A DNA stretch of 64,000 nt from an uncultured Candidatus Saccharibacteria bacterium. Lineage in GTDB: Bacteria; Patescibacteriota; Saccharimonadia; Saccharimonadales; Saccharimonadaceae. The notes under the pieces are model-generated. The model was not told the origin of the DNA. It made no database searches and worked only from the letters and a program-made list of their open reading frames with translations. Shown here piece after piece: positions 9,969 through 20,136 of the stretch (position 1 is its first letter; the number at the start of each line of letters is the position of its first letter). Location: contig CAYYYH010000001.1 of NCBI GenBank assembly GCA_964476395.1, positions 5,222 through 69,221 on the forward strand, given 5' to 3'. The position numbers and the translations under genes were made by a program.

Positions 9969-11078
9969 TTACAATGCTTCACAGGTAAAGTCAAGCGATT
10001 CATAGTTCGCCTTGATAGCGGCATAGTCTAAAGTCACCTCACCAGCATCACTAATCGGCAAATAATAATCAAGCGCAGTTGTCGCAGTTAAGTCGCTAGC
10101 TGCAATTTCGGATGATGAATTACCATTTGAGCCATCCTCGGCTTCTACGGTCTCATCATATACAATCGACTCAGTCAAAGAAACATTCGTAAGTTTTTTT
10201 GCCGAAAAACTAGCTTTTATATTAATGGTGCCCGAAACCGCTTTTTCATGCTCAGACAATTCGTCCGCGTCCATTGCTCTATCACAACTCAATGTAGAAA
10301 CCGCAGTATCAGTAGTTGTCTCCTCCTCTTTTGTTGTTGTATCTTCGATCGCCACCGAACTATTCGGTTTGCTTCCACCACTACTACTGGAACCATCATT
10401 TGGTTCTGTCCCGCCAATAAACTGCAAAATAAACACCGCGGCAAGAGCAATTACTGTCATTACGGCAACGACAATCAGTATGATTAAAGTCATATTGTTT
10501 TTCTTGGGCGCACCAGCCATACCGTTTTGAGCGCTATTTACAGGCACATCCGGTTGCATAGCAGGATCATTAAAAGAAACACTGGGCGTTTGAGGCTCGG
10601 TACCAGCAAAACTATCAGCAGGGCCCGAAACAGCTGAACCAATCGAACCAGGCACAGGAGCAGCCGCCTTCATTGGAGCTTTTAATTCTTCTTCGACTGG
10701 ATCAGGCGCCGAAACTGGCTCAGGTCTTAAAATAGGATCCATCGGCTTAATACCATCAATCGAACCAGTACCCGCAGGACTTAATGGAACTACCGGCGGC
10801 GTAACTGGATTAGGGGCAACTGGGGACGCAGGTGTTACTGGCGCTGGTGGGGTTACAGGCTCAACTGGAGCTACTGGAGCAGGTGGCGTTACAGGAGCTA
10901 CTGGAGCAGGTGGCGTTACAGGAGCTACTGGAGCAGGTGGCGTTACAGGAGCTACTGGAGCCTCCGGGGCCACTGGCGCTACCGGAGCAACGGGATTTAA
11001 TGGTGCTGCACCACCCGCCACAGGCTCAGGACCTGGAACTGGTGCAGGCGTTGGTGTTGGGTTACTAATTGGATCCAT
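9969..11078 (-). CDS. Proline-rich single-pass membrane protein
   Basis: N-terminal PVTPPAPVA repeats, [23 protein letters not shown], acidic Ser/Thr-rich C-domain with two Cys. Confidence 0.8.
   Translation of the reverse strand: MDPISNPTPTPAPVPGPEPVAGGAAPLNPVAPVAPVAPEAPVAPVTPPAPVAPVTPPAPVAPVTPPAPVAPVEPVTPPAPVTPASPVAPNPVTPPVVPLSPAGTGSIDGIKPMDPILRPEPVSAPDPVEEELKAPMKAAAPVPGSIGSAVSGPADSFAGTEPQTPSVSFNDPAMQPDVPVNSAQNGMAGAPKKNNMTLIILIVVAVMTVIALAAVFILQFIGGTEPNDGSSSSGGSKPNSSVAIEDTTTKEEETTTDTAVSTLSCDRAMDADELSEHEKAVSGTINIKASFSAKKLTNVSLTESIVYDETVEAEDGSNGNSSSEIAASDLTATTALDYYLPISDAGEVTLDYAAIKANYESLDFTCEAL
10867..10961. repeat. 27-bp perfect in-frame tandem repeat (about 3.5 copies)
   Basis: GGAGCTACTGGAGCAGGTGGCGTTACA at 10867, 10894, 10921, partial at 10948; encodes VTPPAPVAP. 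Confidence 0.95.
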
Positions 11079-11163
11079 TGTTTTTTCCTTTAAAATATTA
11101 AGTTCTTAAACTCTAACTCTATTTTAACGCTAATGCTTATTTTTGGCAAGACCAAGGCAAAAA

Positions 11164-13026
11164 CTAACGACCAGAAAAACCGCCTCCCCCACCGCCACCG
11201 CCAGAAAAACCGCCTCCCCCACCGCCAGAAAAGCCCGACGACGAACCGCCACCCGAACTCGACATAGTAGAAGCAGTAGTTGCATACGACGCCACATTAT
11301 GCAAGCCTCTCGAAATCTCAGAAATTGCAAGCCCATTCAAAAGATAATCCGGCTCTTCAATCTCTTCCACTTCACAGTATTCCTTCATTTCCTTCATCCA
11401 GCTCTCCTCCAAACCAAATACTGCCGCATACGGCAATAATTTTTCATATAATTTCACTATCCCCTCCGCCGAGGTATCCGCCCCCTCCACACTCTGCAAC
11501 ATTTTCATTCTGTCTGCTTCGGCCATCTCGATATATAATTTCATCCCATCCATATATCGAGCCATCTCCAGTCCCTTTTTAGTGTGGCTTTCGTACCTTT
11601 GTGCCTTGTCACTCAAATACACGCAAATCATCACCGTCAGCACAATTATTATAAAAGCTGTCATATAAAAATCTTCTTCAAATATCATTTCCTTGCCATA
11701 AACCATATCAAGCCCTAGTACGTCCGCCAGCATCCCTAATATAAAAATCCCAATCATTACTACTACCGGCACTACTACTATCGTCATTGCAATTACATTA
11801 GAAAACCCTCTCTTTGCACTGCCACCGATATTGTAATTACTTTCGACCAACTCATCTTTTTTTAGATCTCCTAATATTTTGTTTTCCATCGCTTTTCTTA
11901 GAGAAATCAACTTACTACTGGCCGAACGACGCTTAATTTCAATCGTATCGCCTACTGCCGGCTTCGTACCGTCATTTAAAATCGCCAGCAAATCAGCATA
12001 TTCCCCATTAATCTCTTCTTTTACGATAATCTCCCACTTTTTCTTTTCGGTTTTCTTTAATTCGATTTTCCTTTGAACCACCATCTCAAGCAGCATCGCT
12101 ACCTTTACGTCTTTCTTTTTGTCCAAATAGATCTCCGACATTTCCGCTAAGCTATAATCATTATTTGGCTGATACTCCGGCTTGACAAAAAATTCCTTAT
12201 AATAATTTGCTTTTTCGCGCGTTTTTCTATATTTCCTAAAGAAAACACCTATAAACACCAAGCTAATCACACCAATCGCCAACGTTAGCCAAACATAAGT
12301 ATAATCCTCTTCAGGCCCAGGCACAGTAAAACTATTAGGCTTTAGCTCTACATCGAATGTTAAAGTTTCTCTTGATTTTAGTTCCTTTGCCGAAAACTGC
12401 ACTCCATCATCAATCTCAGTGATCGTGCATCTGTCTTGACCACTTTCACCATAATATCCTACATAGCACCAACTATCGCCTGTAAAAACTTCTTTATCAT
12501 CAAAATGCAATCTTGCCGTCACCGAGTCAAACCTCTGCATTGCACCATTACCATTCGCATCCCAATAAAGCTCTTGAAAAGTCCTACCTTTCTCCGTAAA
12601 CTCCGTTACTACCTTCGAAAACTCATATTCAAACACATAGATTTGCTCACCTAAAACATATTCTTCTGTCCCTGTACAAACATCATAATAATCATCTCCT
12701 CTTTCTATACTATAGATCGACTCCGCTTCGCCATTTCGCATGATTTTTATATTTTCTCTTGTTAAGTTTGGCAAAGTAATGTTGGTTTTATTCTGATTAG
12801 TAAAAGGAATCTGCCGGCAAATCCCCTTGTTTTGATTAAAATTCGGAAAAACCGCCGTTACGCTTTCTACTACTTTTAGATGCGAAATCCCCTCTGCATC
12901 TTGGCTTAAATAATAATCACCAGTAAAATCGCTAAAATAAAAATCGTTTACGCTAGCATTAACTGGAAGTCTTATCAATCCACTACCAATTATTAAACTA
13001 AGCACAAACAACAATACTCTCTTCAT
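11164..13026 (-). CDS. DUF2207-like predicted membrane protein
   Basis: Signal peptide, ELYWD, YEKLLPYAAVFGLEESW, Gly/Ser-rich tail GGGFSGGGGGGGG. Confidence 0.85.
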   Translation of the reverse strand: MKRVLLFVLSLIIGSGLIRLPVNASVNDFYFSDFTGDYYLSQDAEGISHLKVVESVTAVFPNFNQNKGICRQIPFTNQNKTNITLPNLTRENIKIMRNGEAESIYSIERGDDYYDVCTGTEEYVLGEQIYVFEYEFSKVVTEFTEKGRTFQELYWDANGNGAMQRFDSVTARLHFDDKEVFTGDSWCYVGYYGESGQDRCTITEIDDGVQFSAKELKSRETLTFDVELKPNSFTVPGPEEDYTYVWLTLAIGVISLVFIGVFFRKYRKTREKANYYKEFFVKPEYQPNNDYSLAEMSEIYLDKKKDVKVAMLLEMVVQRKIELKKTEKKKWEIIVKEEINGEYADLLAILNDGTKPAVGDTIEIKRRSASSKLISLRKAMENKILGDLKKDELVESNYNIGGSAKRGFSNVIAMTIVVVPVVVMIGIFILGMLADVLGLDMVYGKEMIFEEDFYMTAFIIIVLTVMICVYLSDKAQRYESHTKKGLEMARYMDGMKLYIEMAEADRMKMLQSVEGADTSAEGIVKLYEKLLPYAAVFGLEESWMKEMKEYCEVEEIEEPDYLLNGLAISEISRGLHNVASYATTASTMSSSGGGSSSGFSGGGGGGFSGGGGGGGGFSGR

Positions 13027-13066
13027 ACCTTTATTTTAACAGATTTTATACTTTTTACATAAAAAT

Positions 13067-14428
13067 CTATTGTTGGTATTCAGACTCAAACAGCGACTCA
13101 AAGTATAGTTTTAACTCTTCCGCCACAAATTCATCTTTTTCGTAAGCCAGCTCAAGTTCAGCCAAAAAATTTGGAGCAATCCGCTCAAGACGTGTTTTTC
13201 GATATGCCTGCCAACGCTCATTCTCACTTTCCGACAAAGTTTGAGGGAAATTTCGACCTTTGTAATGCAACAAAAGCTCTGGCAATCTTTCATCTCCAAA
13301 GTCTGGATGAAAATCAGCCAATTTGTTAACATCGGCATTACGTACTGCCTCAACCTTAGCCCGATCTGTATCATCCAAAAAACCATCATAAAGGGCTGCC
13401 TCGGGCTCAAGCGCCACTGGAAAATCCGGCCGGTTTTCTGCCTCCTCTCGCATTTTCTCAGCAAACTCAGGATGCGCTAATAACGTTTTTAGATTTCTTT
13501 CTACAATTGTTTTATCTAATCCAATCTTCTCCCACCCCCCATTTTCTAGCACCGAAATTGGCGCTACCGCTGGGCACTTATTGAAACAAAGCTCCTTTAC
13601 CACCGGATAAAAGGAAGTCATTGAATCATTTTTTAAGAGCTCGTCCAAATTATAACGTAAATCATAAACTAGCACATTACCATTCCGCCCACTAGTTAGC
13701 GGAAAAGCTACCGTAGTCTTATTAAACTCCGAAGGATACCTACCAGACGCATACACAAATGGTCGCTTGTTTTCTAAATTTACTAGCCTTTTGACTTCAT
13801 TTTTAGTCCGCATTTTCAAAAGATAGCTAAACAATTTAGGTTGTTTTTCTCGGATTAACCGCGCAACTGCAATTGTCGCATACACATCAGAAAGCGCATC
13901 ATGTGCATGCGAATGCTCTAAATTATTTAGCTTAGTCAAAAGTTCAAGTCTATTCGTTGGCTGCCCCTTTTCAGTAAACGGCCACTCAATCCCCTCAGGC
14001 CTCAGTGCCCGAGTTAGCCTAACCACATCTAACATATCCCAACGCGATCTACCGTCTCTCCACTCCCATTCATACGGATCATAAAAATTCCGCCACAAAA
14101 TCGCACGCATAAACTCATCGTCAAATCGCACCGTATTATAACCCACCGCAATCGTCCCCGGTGTAAAAATCTCATCCATCGCATATTTAGCGAATTCAGC
14201 TTCGCTAATCCCGTCCCTCAAAGTGTCCTGCGGTGTAATCTTAGTCACCAAAATGGCACCAGGGCTAGGCAAAGCATCGTCAGTTAGTTTAACCAAAATA
14301 TTCACCGGTTCGCCAATCGGCTCTAAGTCCATATTTGTCCTCTGCCCAGCAAACTGCATAATGCGATCTTCGCGCGCATTTAACCCACTAGTTTCAAGAT
14401 CATAAAAGAAAAAACTATCACTCTCCAT
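13067..14428 (-). CDS. sbcB: Exodeoxyribonuclease I
   Basis: FYDLETSG, QFAGQRT, GYNTVRFDDE, HAHDALSDV, NKCPAVAP. Confidence 0.93.
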   Translation of the reverse strand: MESDSFFFYDLETSGLNAREDRIMQFAGQRTNMDLEPIGEPVNILVKLTDDALPSPGAILVTKITPQDTLRDGISEAEFAKYAMDEIFTPGTIAVGYNTVRFDDEFMRAILWRNFYDPYEWEWRDGRSRWDMLDVVRLTRALRPEGIEWPFTEKGQPTNRLELLTKLNNLEHSHAHDALSDVYATIAVARLIREKQPKLFSYLLKMRTKNEVKRLVNLENKRPFVYASGRYPSEFNKTTVAFPLTSGRNGNVLVYDLRYNLDELLKNDSMTSFYPVVKELCFNKCPAVAPISVLENGGWEKIGLDKTIVERNLKTLLAHPEFAEKMREEAENRPDFPVALEPEAALYDGFLDDTDRAKVEAVRNADVNKLADFHPDFGDERLPELLLHYKGRNFPQTLSESENERWQAYRKTRLERIAPNFLAELELAYEKDEFVAEELKLYFESLFESEYQQ

Positions 14429-14451
14429 ACCATATATTATACCTTATTTTA

Positions 14452-14508
14452 AACAAAAGAGTGCCCCCAGGCACTGCTGGGGGCGTCGAGCCCCCAAAAC
14501 CCGGGGGC
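14452..14508 (-). terminator. Tandem GC hairpins plus U-rich tail downstream of the 130-aa gene
   Basis: GCCCCCAG-6-CTGGGGGC (14463-14484) and GCCCCC-7-GGGGGC (14490-14508); minus strand continues ACTCTTTTGTTT. Confidence 0.7.
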
Positions 14509-14518
14509 AAACTCTCCT

Positions 14519-14911
14519 TCACCATCTCAGTTCTCGCCGTGCCTCGCGCGCAAGGCGCTTAGCATATCGGTCTTGCATCAGGTCATGATACTTGCAGGCA
14601 TCGTGACCAATCCACCCAAAGAGGATGGCGACAACAAGGCCGACCAGCGTCAAGACCAGCCAAAGGCCAGTCTCTCCGGCGAGAAGCTCGTACGGCCTCT
14701 CAGGACGAGCCTCGAAGTACTGGTATATTGCATCCAGCCCTCCGAGCGACAGGATGATTGCCGCAAAGGCAATCATTCCGCCCGCCACGCACCATCCGTA
14801 GATGACTGCGTGACTCGCACGCTGATCGGCGAGAACGCCAACCACGTACTTTGTCGCGAAAAACGCGACAAAAGCGAGAATGGCGGAGAAGATGTTAATG
14901 AAAATGCCCAT
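14519..14911 (-). CDS. Hypothetical 3-TM membrane protein
   Basis: Three hydrophobic segments, basic C-terminus; own promoter TTGACT-17-TATAAT near 14977-15004; visibly GC-richer than neighbours. Confidence 0.7.
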   Translation of the reverse strand: MGIFINIFSAILAFVAFFATKYVVGVLADQRASHAVIYGWCVAGGMIAFAAIILSLGGLDAIYQYFEARPERPYELLAGETGLWLVLTLVGLVVAILFGWIGHDACKYHDLMQDRYAKRLAREARRELRW

Positions 14912-15024
14912 TTTTCCCCCTTTATTCTTCGATTTTAGGCATTACGAGGTTTTTCGTTTGAAAACCTATATTCACATTATACCACAAGCATCATAAAAAG
15001 TCAAGTATACCTCTGTTGTTTTGC

Positions 15025-15750
15025 CTATTCTTCAGCACCCATCATCTCATCATAATCTACGCCATAATTAGCGTATTGCAAACGCATATAAGCCGTATCT
15101 AAATCACTAGCAAGAGTTTTCAGAGGATCTTCCTTAGCCTTAGTCATCACCAAAAACTTCAGTGGCTTGTTATATCCACCACAGATCTCCATCGAATCAC
15201 CATAAGCCAATTCACCAGGGATCGTAATCTCACGAATCCCCCCCAGGCGCATCCCTTTTACCCCTTCATTCCACCCCTCAATCATTCCAAGAGAAGCATC
15301 CAAAATCTTTGCAAAAGACGTAGGATTATCATTGTCGTCAAAAGAAGAGTCAAAGATAGTCTCATCGGCACACCAACCTACATAATAAGCTAGGTATTCC
15401 GTATCTTCATCTATCTTGCTACCAGAGCCTTTCAAGAGATCCTTGGTTTGCACGCCATCATCGTTAGCGCTTGTCTCATTATAGGCTTTTATCTCTGATT
15501 TATAAGAAATAAATTGATCATAATCATCCTTAGTTTTTTCAGAAAATTCCTTCAAAAGTTCGTCGTACGCTGTCTGATATTCAGCAACCTTAGCATCATC
15601 TACTCCAGTATCACCAGAAGCGGTAGAAGATCCACTCCCGTTTAAGATGATCGCTGTGTAACTAGCGATAATTGATCCAAGCATTAATACTGCGATAATA
15701 CCGATGATGACCCGCTGTTTAGTACTGGTTTTTAATTCCTTCTCATCCAT
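15025..15750 (-). CDS. Membrane-anchored FKBP-type peptidyl-prolyl isomerase
   Basis: Start likely ATG 15750 (SD GGAG); N-terminal TM; YVGW, FDSS, MIEGWNEGVKGMRLGGIREITIPGELAYG. Confidence 0.85.
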   Translation of the reverse strand: MDEKELKTSTKQRVIIGIIAVLMLGSIIASYTAIILNGSGSSTASGDTGVDDAKVAEYQTAYDELLKEFSEKTKDDYDQFISYKSEIKAYNETSANDDGVQTKDLLKGSGSKIDEDTEYLAYYVGWCADETIFDSSFDDNDNPTSFAKILDASLGMIEGWNEGVKGMRLGGIREITIPGELAYGDSMEICGGYNKPLKFLVMTKAKEDPLKTLASDLDTAYMRLQYANYGVDYDEMMGAEE

Positions 15751-15788
15751 AATAGAAACTCCACTTAATAATAGATACATTATAGCAC

Positions 15789-15816
15789 AAAATAACCCCG
15801 ATGAGCGGGGTTATTT
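15789..15816 (-). terminator. Terminator after rplO
   Basis: AAATAACCCCG-ATGAG-CGGGGTTATTT. Confidence 0.8.
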
Positions 15817-15830
15817 CGATTTTTAAGCTA

Positions 15831-16295
15831 TTATTCAGCTTTCTTAGCCGGTTTTTTAAAGATAGCAACTTTTTTGAACGATCCGCCAGCCTTCTTGATG
15901 GCTTCTACTGCCGTCTTAGATGCAAATTGAGTCTCAAGATCAATCTTTGCGGTTAGTTCACCCCTGGTGATCACCTTGACCTTAGCAAATGGCGTTGAAA
16001 TCAAACCAGCTTCAGCCAAAGAATAATTATCAACCTTACCCTTAAGATCATTCAAACGATCAGTATAAACCACTTCGGCTTTAGCATGGATCGACTTAAA
16101 ACCTTTAATCTTTGGCACAGCCTGCATAATTGCACGCTGACCACCCATAAAGCCTCTCGGCATCTTGTTGTGGCCGGCACGAGCCTTTTGCCCCTTGGTA
16201 CCACGACCAGCCGTCTTGCCCTGACCAGCTGCAATTCCACGACCTTTACGAGATGGCCTAGTATTCTTTTCAACTTTTAAATCATTGTACTTCAT
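15831..16295 (-). CDS. rplO: 50S ribosomal protein uL15
   Basis: GRGIAAGQGKTAGRGTKGQKAR, FMGGQ. Confidence 0.97.
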   Translation of the reverse strand: MKYNDLKVEKNTRPSRKGRGIAAGQGKTAGRGTKGQKARAGHNKMPRGFMGGQRAIMQAVPKIKGFKSIHAKAEVVYTDRLNDLKGKVDNYSLAEAGLISTPFAKVKVITRGELTAKIDLETQFASKTAVEAIKKAGGSFKKVAIFKKPAKKAE

Positions 16296-17059
16296 TATTT
16301 GGTCTCCTTCTTGGAAGTTTTCTTAGTAGAAACCTTCTTCGTAGTGGCGGCTTTTGGTTTAGCAACTGTTTTAGCCTTAGCTGGGGCCTTAGCCTTAGCC
16401 GAAGCCTTAGCTTCAGCTTTTTCAGTTACTTTTTCAGCCATTGGCGCCTTACCATTGTTACCAACCCAATCTTTGCGTGGTACCTGTTGGCGCAAACCCT
16501 CAATCACTGCATAAGCAATGTTGACTTTGTTGGTCGAACCAAGAGATTTAGAAATCAAGTTCTTAACTCCAGTTAAACCCATAATTGCACGTACCGTACC
16601 ACCAGCGATAATACCAGTACCAGGAGCAGCTGGCTTCATCAAAACATCAGCACCAGTTACCTTAGTACGAGTTTCGTGGCAAATAGTCTCGCCATCAATG
16701 TTAAAGGTAATCATAGACTTCTTGGCTTTAGAAGTAGCCTTAGCTACTGCCGTAGTTACATCGTTACCTTTAGCTACACCAATACCAACTTTGTTCTTGT
16801 GGTTGCCAATCGCGACCAATGCTTTAAAACGCATTCTACGACCACCAGCTACAGTACGAGAAACTCTGTCTACTGCAATGGTAATATCGTCAAATTCTTT
16901 TGGCCCTGCATCTGCGCGTACGCGATCACGGCGATTGCGACGATCCATTCTCTTACCAGAGATATCGCGAGTAACCTTGCGTGCCGCAGTTTCGTCAGAC
17001 ATCTTCAAAGTGCCTGACTCATTTATTACTCTTGGGGCTTTTTTGTCATTCTCTGCCAT
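16295..17059 (-). CDS. rpsE: 30S ribosomal protein uS5 with N- and C-terminal extensions
   Basis: RVSRTVAGGRRMRF, LMKPAAPGTGIIAGG, KSLGSTN. Confidence 0.97.
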   Translation of the reverse strand: MAENDKKAPRVINESGTLKMSDETAARKVTRDISGKRMDRRNRRDRVRADAGPKEFDDITIAVDRVSRTVAGGRRMRFKALVAIGNHKNKVGIGVAKGNDVTTAVAKATSKAKKSMITFNIDGETICHETRTKVTGADVLMKPAAPGTGIIAGGTVRAIMGLTGVKNLISKSLGSTNKVNIAYAVIEGLRQQVPRKDWVGNNGKAPMAEKVTEKAEAKASAKAKAPAKAKTVAKPKAATTKKVSTKKTSKKETK

Positions 17060-17061
17060 AA

Positions 17062-17391
17062 TTAAAACTCCAATCCTTCCTTACGAGCGGCTTCCGCAAC
17101 AGCGGACATACGCCCAGCGTATAGTTTTGAACCACGGTCAAAAACGACCTTCTTGATTTTAGCGGTTTTTGCCTTCTTGGCAATTTCTTCACCAATTTTA
17201 GTAGCTTTTTCCGTCTTGGTGCCGGTCATTTTTGTGCCTACCGTAGTAGCGTAGACCAAAGTTGCTTTTTTATCATCATCAATAATCTGCGCAGTAATGT
17301 GCTGATTCGAAAAATGAACCGAAAGCCTTGGCCTATCAGCCGTGCCATGAATCTTAGCACGAGTTCTTTTTGCTCTAAAAATCTTATTCAT
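17062..17391 (-). CDS. rplR: 50S ribosomal protein uL18
   Basis: RPRLSVHFSNQHITAQIIDD, VVFDRG, AARKEGLEF. Confidence 0.97.
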   Translation of the reverse strand: MNKIFRAKRTRAKIHGTADRPRLSVHFSNQHITAQIIDDDKKATLVYATTVGTKMTGTKTEKATKIGEEIAKKAKTAKIKKVVFDRGSKLYAGRMSAVAEAARKEGLEF

Positions 17392-17927
17392 TATTTTTTA
17401 CCAGCCTTTCCTGCCTTACGAAGGATCACTTCGTCGACATACTTAATGCCTTTACCCTTGTAAGGTTCCGGCTTCTTGAGGCTACGAATCTCAGCTGCCA
17501 CTTGACCAACTTTTTGCTTGTCAATTCCTGAAACGGTAATCTCCATTTTGTTGGTAGAAAGCTGTACACCTTCAGGCGCCTTATACTTGACTGGATGTGA
17601 AAACCCAAGCGCCATCTCGATTTCTTGTCCACCACCAGAAAGGCGATAACCTACGCCGTTAATCTCTAGTTTTTTCTCGTAACCTTTAGTTACACCTACA
17701 ACGGCATTATTAATTAGTGCCCGTTGCAAACCGTGCCAAGCACGGGATTTTGGCTCGTCATCCTCACGGGTAACGGTCAAGATGTTGCCATCGATTTTAA
17801 CCTTAGTTTTCGGCTGAACCGGGACGATGAGCTGACCCTTCGGGCCCGCAACAGTAATCTCGCTGTCGCCGACCGTGATTGTCACTCCCGCCGGAATCTC
17901 GATGGGTTGTTTTCCGATACGACTCAT
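17391..17927 (-). CDS. rplF: 50S ribosomal protein uL6
   Basis: MSRIGKQP, GPKG, LGFSHP, PEPYKGKGI. Confidence 0.98.
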   Translation of the reverse strand: MSRIGKQPIEIPAGVTITVGDSEITVAGPKGQLIVPVQPKTKVKIDGNILTVTREDDEPKSRAWHGLQRALINNAVVGVTKGYEKKLEINGVGYRLSGGGQEIEMALGFSHPVKYKAPEGVQLSTNKMEITVSGIDKQKVGQVAAEIRSLKKPEPYKGKGIKYVDEVILRKAGKAGKK

Positions 17928-17958
17928 ATCTTTTCCCTTTTATGTTAATATCCGGACT

Positions 17959-17987
17959 ATTATACCACAGATCACTATAAATGTAAA
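17959..17987 (-). promoter_or_regulatory. Dedicated promoter for rplF-rplR-rpsE-rplO
   Basis: TTTACA(17982-17987)-17-TGG-TATAAT(17959-17964). Confidence 0.8.
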
Positions 17988-18005
17988 TCTATAAATAGCA
18001 AAAAT

Positions 18006-18716
18006 CTATCTATTGTTCAAAATCTTATTAGGATTTGTCACTAGTAGTTGCTTCAGCTCGCCGTCACTATAGTATTTATTTAGTTTTCTCTTTGCCAAAA
18101 CTAGATAATCGCTCCTACTGCAATGGTGAATATCACTGCCAAAAGTGAAGATCATCTTGTCTTTTGCCATCCGTCGCACCAACTTTTTGGCTTCGCGACC
18201 GTACTTGCCTACTACACTACCCATATTGCACTGCAGCAACACTCCCATATCAAACAGATTTTTCGCCACTTCATAATCTTCCTGAATAATCGTATATCTT
18301 TCTGGGTGTGCCAATATCACCTTGTAGCCATAATCCATCAATTCTCGCAAAAAATCATCATAATTTGGCCATTTCTCATCCAAAGGTAATTCCACCAACA
18401 AATACTTACTACCCGCCATCGTCGAAATCTTGCCTCGCTTGATTAAATCAATCATCTCTCTGTCAATATATATTTCATTGCCCAAAAACAGGTTAATCTT
18501 GATGTTTTCTAGCGCCAATCTATCTTTAAGCTCATTCAAAATCCGCACGTTTTCAAGACGTGGTGACATATAAATTGATTCGTTCACATAATGAGGCGTT
18601 GCGATGATATCGGTCACGCCCTGCCTCATCAATTCTTTAATAATATTTATACTGTCTTCAAATGTTTTTGCCCCATCGTCTATGCCCGGCAAGATATGCG
18701 CGTGCACATCAATCAT
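18006..18716 (-). CDS. CpsB/Wzb-type PHP phosphotyrosine phosphatase
   Basis: Start likely 18716; DVHAH, ATPH, GNE, HPER, GSDIH metal-binding motifs. Confidence 0.92.
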   Translation of the reverse strand: MIDVHAHILPGIDDGAKTFEDSINIIKELMRQGVTDIIATPHYVNESIYMSPRLENVRILNELKDRLALENIKINLFLGNEIYIDREMIDLIKRGKISTMAGSKYLLVELPLDEKWPNYDDFLRELMDYGYKVILAHPERYTIIQEDYEVAKNLFDMGVLLQCNMGSVVGKYGREAKKLVRRMAKDKMIFTFGSDIHHCSRSDYLVLAKRKLNKYYSDGELKQLLVTNPNKILNNR

Positions 18717-18717
18717 T

Positions 18718-20076
18718 CTACTTGGAACTACCATAATAATAATTATTATAATACTTTGAAGCTTTTCGGTTCACCATATTAAATACAACTCCAGCCACCT
18801 TAGCACCTACCTTTTCAAGCGAGTCCTTTGCAGTAATCAAATCAGCTTTGGTAGTATTTCCATCCTTTACTACTATTAACGTTTCATCCATCAAGCTAGA
18901 CAAAATCACCGAATCAGCAAGCCCACCTACCGGCGCCCCATCAAAGATGATCAAATCATAATAACCGCACAAAGCCTTAATCAAACGCTTGTTTTTCTTA
19001 GAAGCAAGCAACTCGCTTGGATTTGGTGGATACGTTCCACAAGTAATAATATCTAAGTTTTTGATCTTAGTAGAACGAATGTATTTGCCGAGGCTTCTTA
19101 AATCACTTGTCAAGAGGTTTGATAAACCACCAGTGTTTGCAATATCAAACAACTTGTGCAACCTGCCCCTTCGTAAATCACAGTCAATGAGCAGCACCTT
19201 TTTGTCTGCCTGAGCAAACGAAATCGCAAGATTAGCCGACACAAAGCTCTTGCCCTCGCTTGCATTGGTACTAGTTACTAAAATCGTCCTCAAGTCTTTA
19301 TCTACGGCCGTGAATTGCAAATTCGTTCTAAGACTCTTAATATTTTCACTTACTATTGCCTTTGGCATTTTCTCCGCGATCAACTCGCCACTAGCCTTCC
19401 TACTTTTAACATCGCCCTTCAAAATCTGCCCAGTCACCGGCAAACCGATTATTTTTTCTACATCATCATTGTGCTTAACGGTATCATCGAGATAAAATCT
19501 AAGGAAGGCAAAGCCAGTCACCGCTAGCACCGCAATCGCTACTGCTAATACCATATCACGCGTCAAAGTATTATTCGCCGGGTTTTCGGGTGCCACTGCC
19601 ACAGAAAGTTGAGTAACATTTTCAATCTTGTAAATATCAATCACCTCAGCAGAAAACACTTTTGCAATTTCGTTTGCTATCGTGGCTGCCAACTTAGCAT
19701 TTGGATCCTTTACAGTAATACTAAGTATCGAAGTATCATTTACTGGCTTAATCGTTAAACTCTTGCTTAATTCTTTCACGCCGACGTGAAGGCCTAAGCT
19801 CTCAATTACCTTTTTTAAAACTAATTCGCTTTTGGCAATTTCGCTATACGTAGTCGCAAGTTTTTGGCTAGCATTAATATCATTAAGCGAAGCCGCTGTG
19901 CCATCAGTCATATCAGATTTTGCAATAACTACTGTAGTCTGCGCCTGATAAATCGGCTGCTTTATCATACTGTCATACACGAAGACTCCGCCTACAACCA
20001 AGACGGTCAAAATTATAAAAGCCAGAATATAACGTTTTAAATAGCTAAAAAAATCTTTTATATTTATTTCATCCAT
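18718..20076 (-). CDS. Fused CpsC-CpsD (Wzz/Wzc-type) chain-length regulator and tyrosine autokinase
   Basis: Two TMs, Walker A EGKS, LLIDCDLRR, Walker B IIFDGAP, C-terminal Tyr cluster YYNNYYYG. Confidence 0.92.
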   Translation of the reverse strand: MDEINIKDFFSYLKRYILAFIILTVLVVGGVFVYDSMIKQPIYQAQTTVVIAKSDMTDGTAASLNDINASQKLATTYSEIAKSELVLKKVIESLGLHVGVKELSKSLTIKPVNDTSILSITVKDPNAKLAATIANEIAKVFSAEVIDIYKIENVTQLSVAVAPENPANNTLTRDMVLAVAIAVLAVTGFAFLRFYLDDTVKHNDDVEKIIGLPVTGQILKGDVKSRKASGELIAEKMPKAIVSENIKSLRTNLQFTAVDKDLRTILVTSTNASEGKSFVSANLAISFAQADKKVLLIDCDLRRGRLHKLFDIANTGGLSNLLTSDLRSLGKYIRSTKIKNLDIITCGTYPPNPSELLASKKNKRLIKALCGYYDLIIFDGAPVGGLADSVILSSLMDETLIVVKDGNTTKADLITAKDSLEKVGAKVAGVVFNMVNRKASKYYNNYYYGSSK

Positions 20077-20136
20077 AATAACTCCTGCCCATCATTATAA
20101 CATAAGCATCTTAATTGTAAACAATTATTAAAACTA

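Noticed and set aside
11143-11439. Basic repeat ORF MARPRQKLTTRKTASPT
   Set aside because: Antisense reading of the Gly/Ser tail of the DUF2207 gene
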